DNA of 64,000 nucleotides from Puccinia triticina. Its lineage: Eukaryota. Below, piece after piece: positions 63,876-64,000 of the stretch. Below the pieces are notes generated by a model. That model did no database searches and was not told where the DNA came from. It saw nothing but the letters and a program-made list of their open reading frames with translations. Location: assembly GCA_026914245.1 (NCBI GenBank), contig CP110440.1, positions 2,294,001-2,358,000 on the forward strand, written 5' to 3'. Every line of letters begins with the position of its first letter. Position 1 is the stretch's first letter. The position numbers and the translations under genes are program-made.

Positions 63876-64000
63876 TGGGATATAAGAATACAGGTGCATG
63901 CTCACAGGACATGGGGCACCTGCTGAATCTTCAAAGCTAATTTACACAAGAAAGGAACTATATTTAGGGGCACAAGTAAGTGAGGTACCCTAGGTTATTT

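Overview
A eukaryotic, intron-rich, transposon-saturated fungal window; gene content and TE types suggest a basidiomycete rust (Pucciniales), which is inference. I reconstructed these host genes by hand: (1) two paralogous 3-exon genes encoding signal peptide + RING-H2 + C-terminal hydrophobic helix (1646-2322 and 42467-43151, minus); (2) a Ste50/Ubc2-type SAM-RA-SH3-SH3 adaptor (43999-47130, minus) with a decayed 3' duplicate (20622-21823); (3) a 16-exon gene with two C2H2 fingers and an internal, frame-preserving exon duplication (52325-54952, plus). The RING locus occurs three times as an old segmental duplication, broken up by nested TEs. One is a Helitron-like composite (7420-20319) whose empty site survives in the paralog. 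Inside it sits a very young Ty3/gypsy element (9425-19126) with a -1 frameshift signal, an RRM ORF and an antisense ORF. Further right are a decayed chromovirus (23586-34762) interrupted by a 3.9-kb foldback and hAT MITEs, and an apparently intact hAT (36215-40092) with 7-bp TSDs and a candidate AT-AC intron. Many MITEs and CACTA-like non-autonomous elements fill the rest. All splice models, alignments and domain calls were made by eye; no database search was run.
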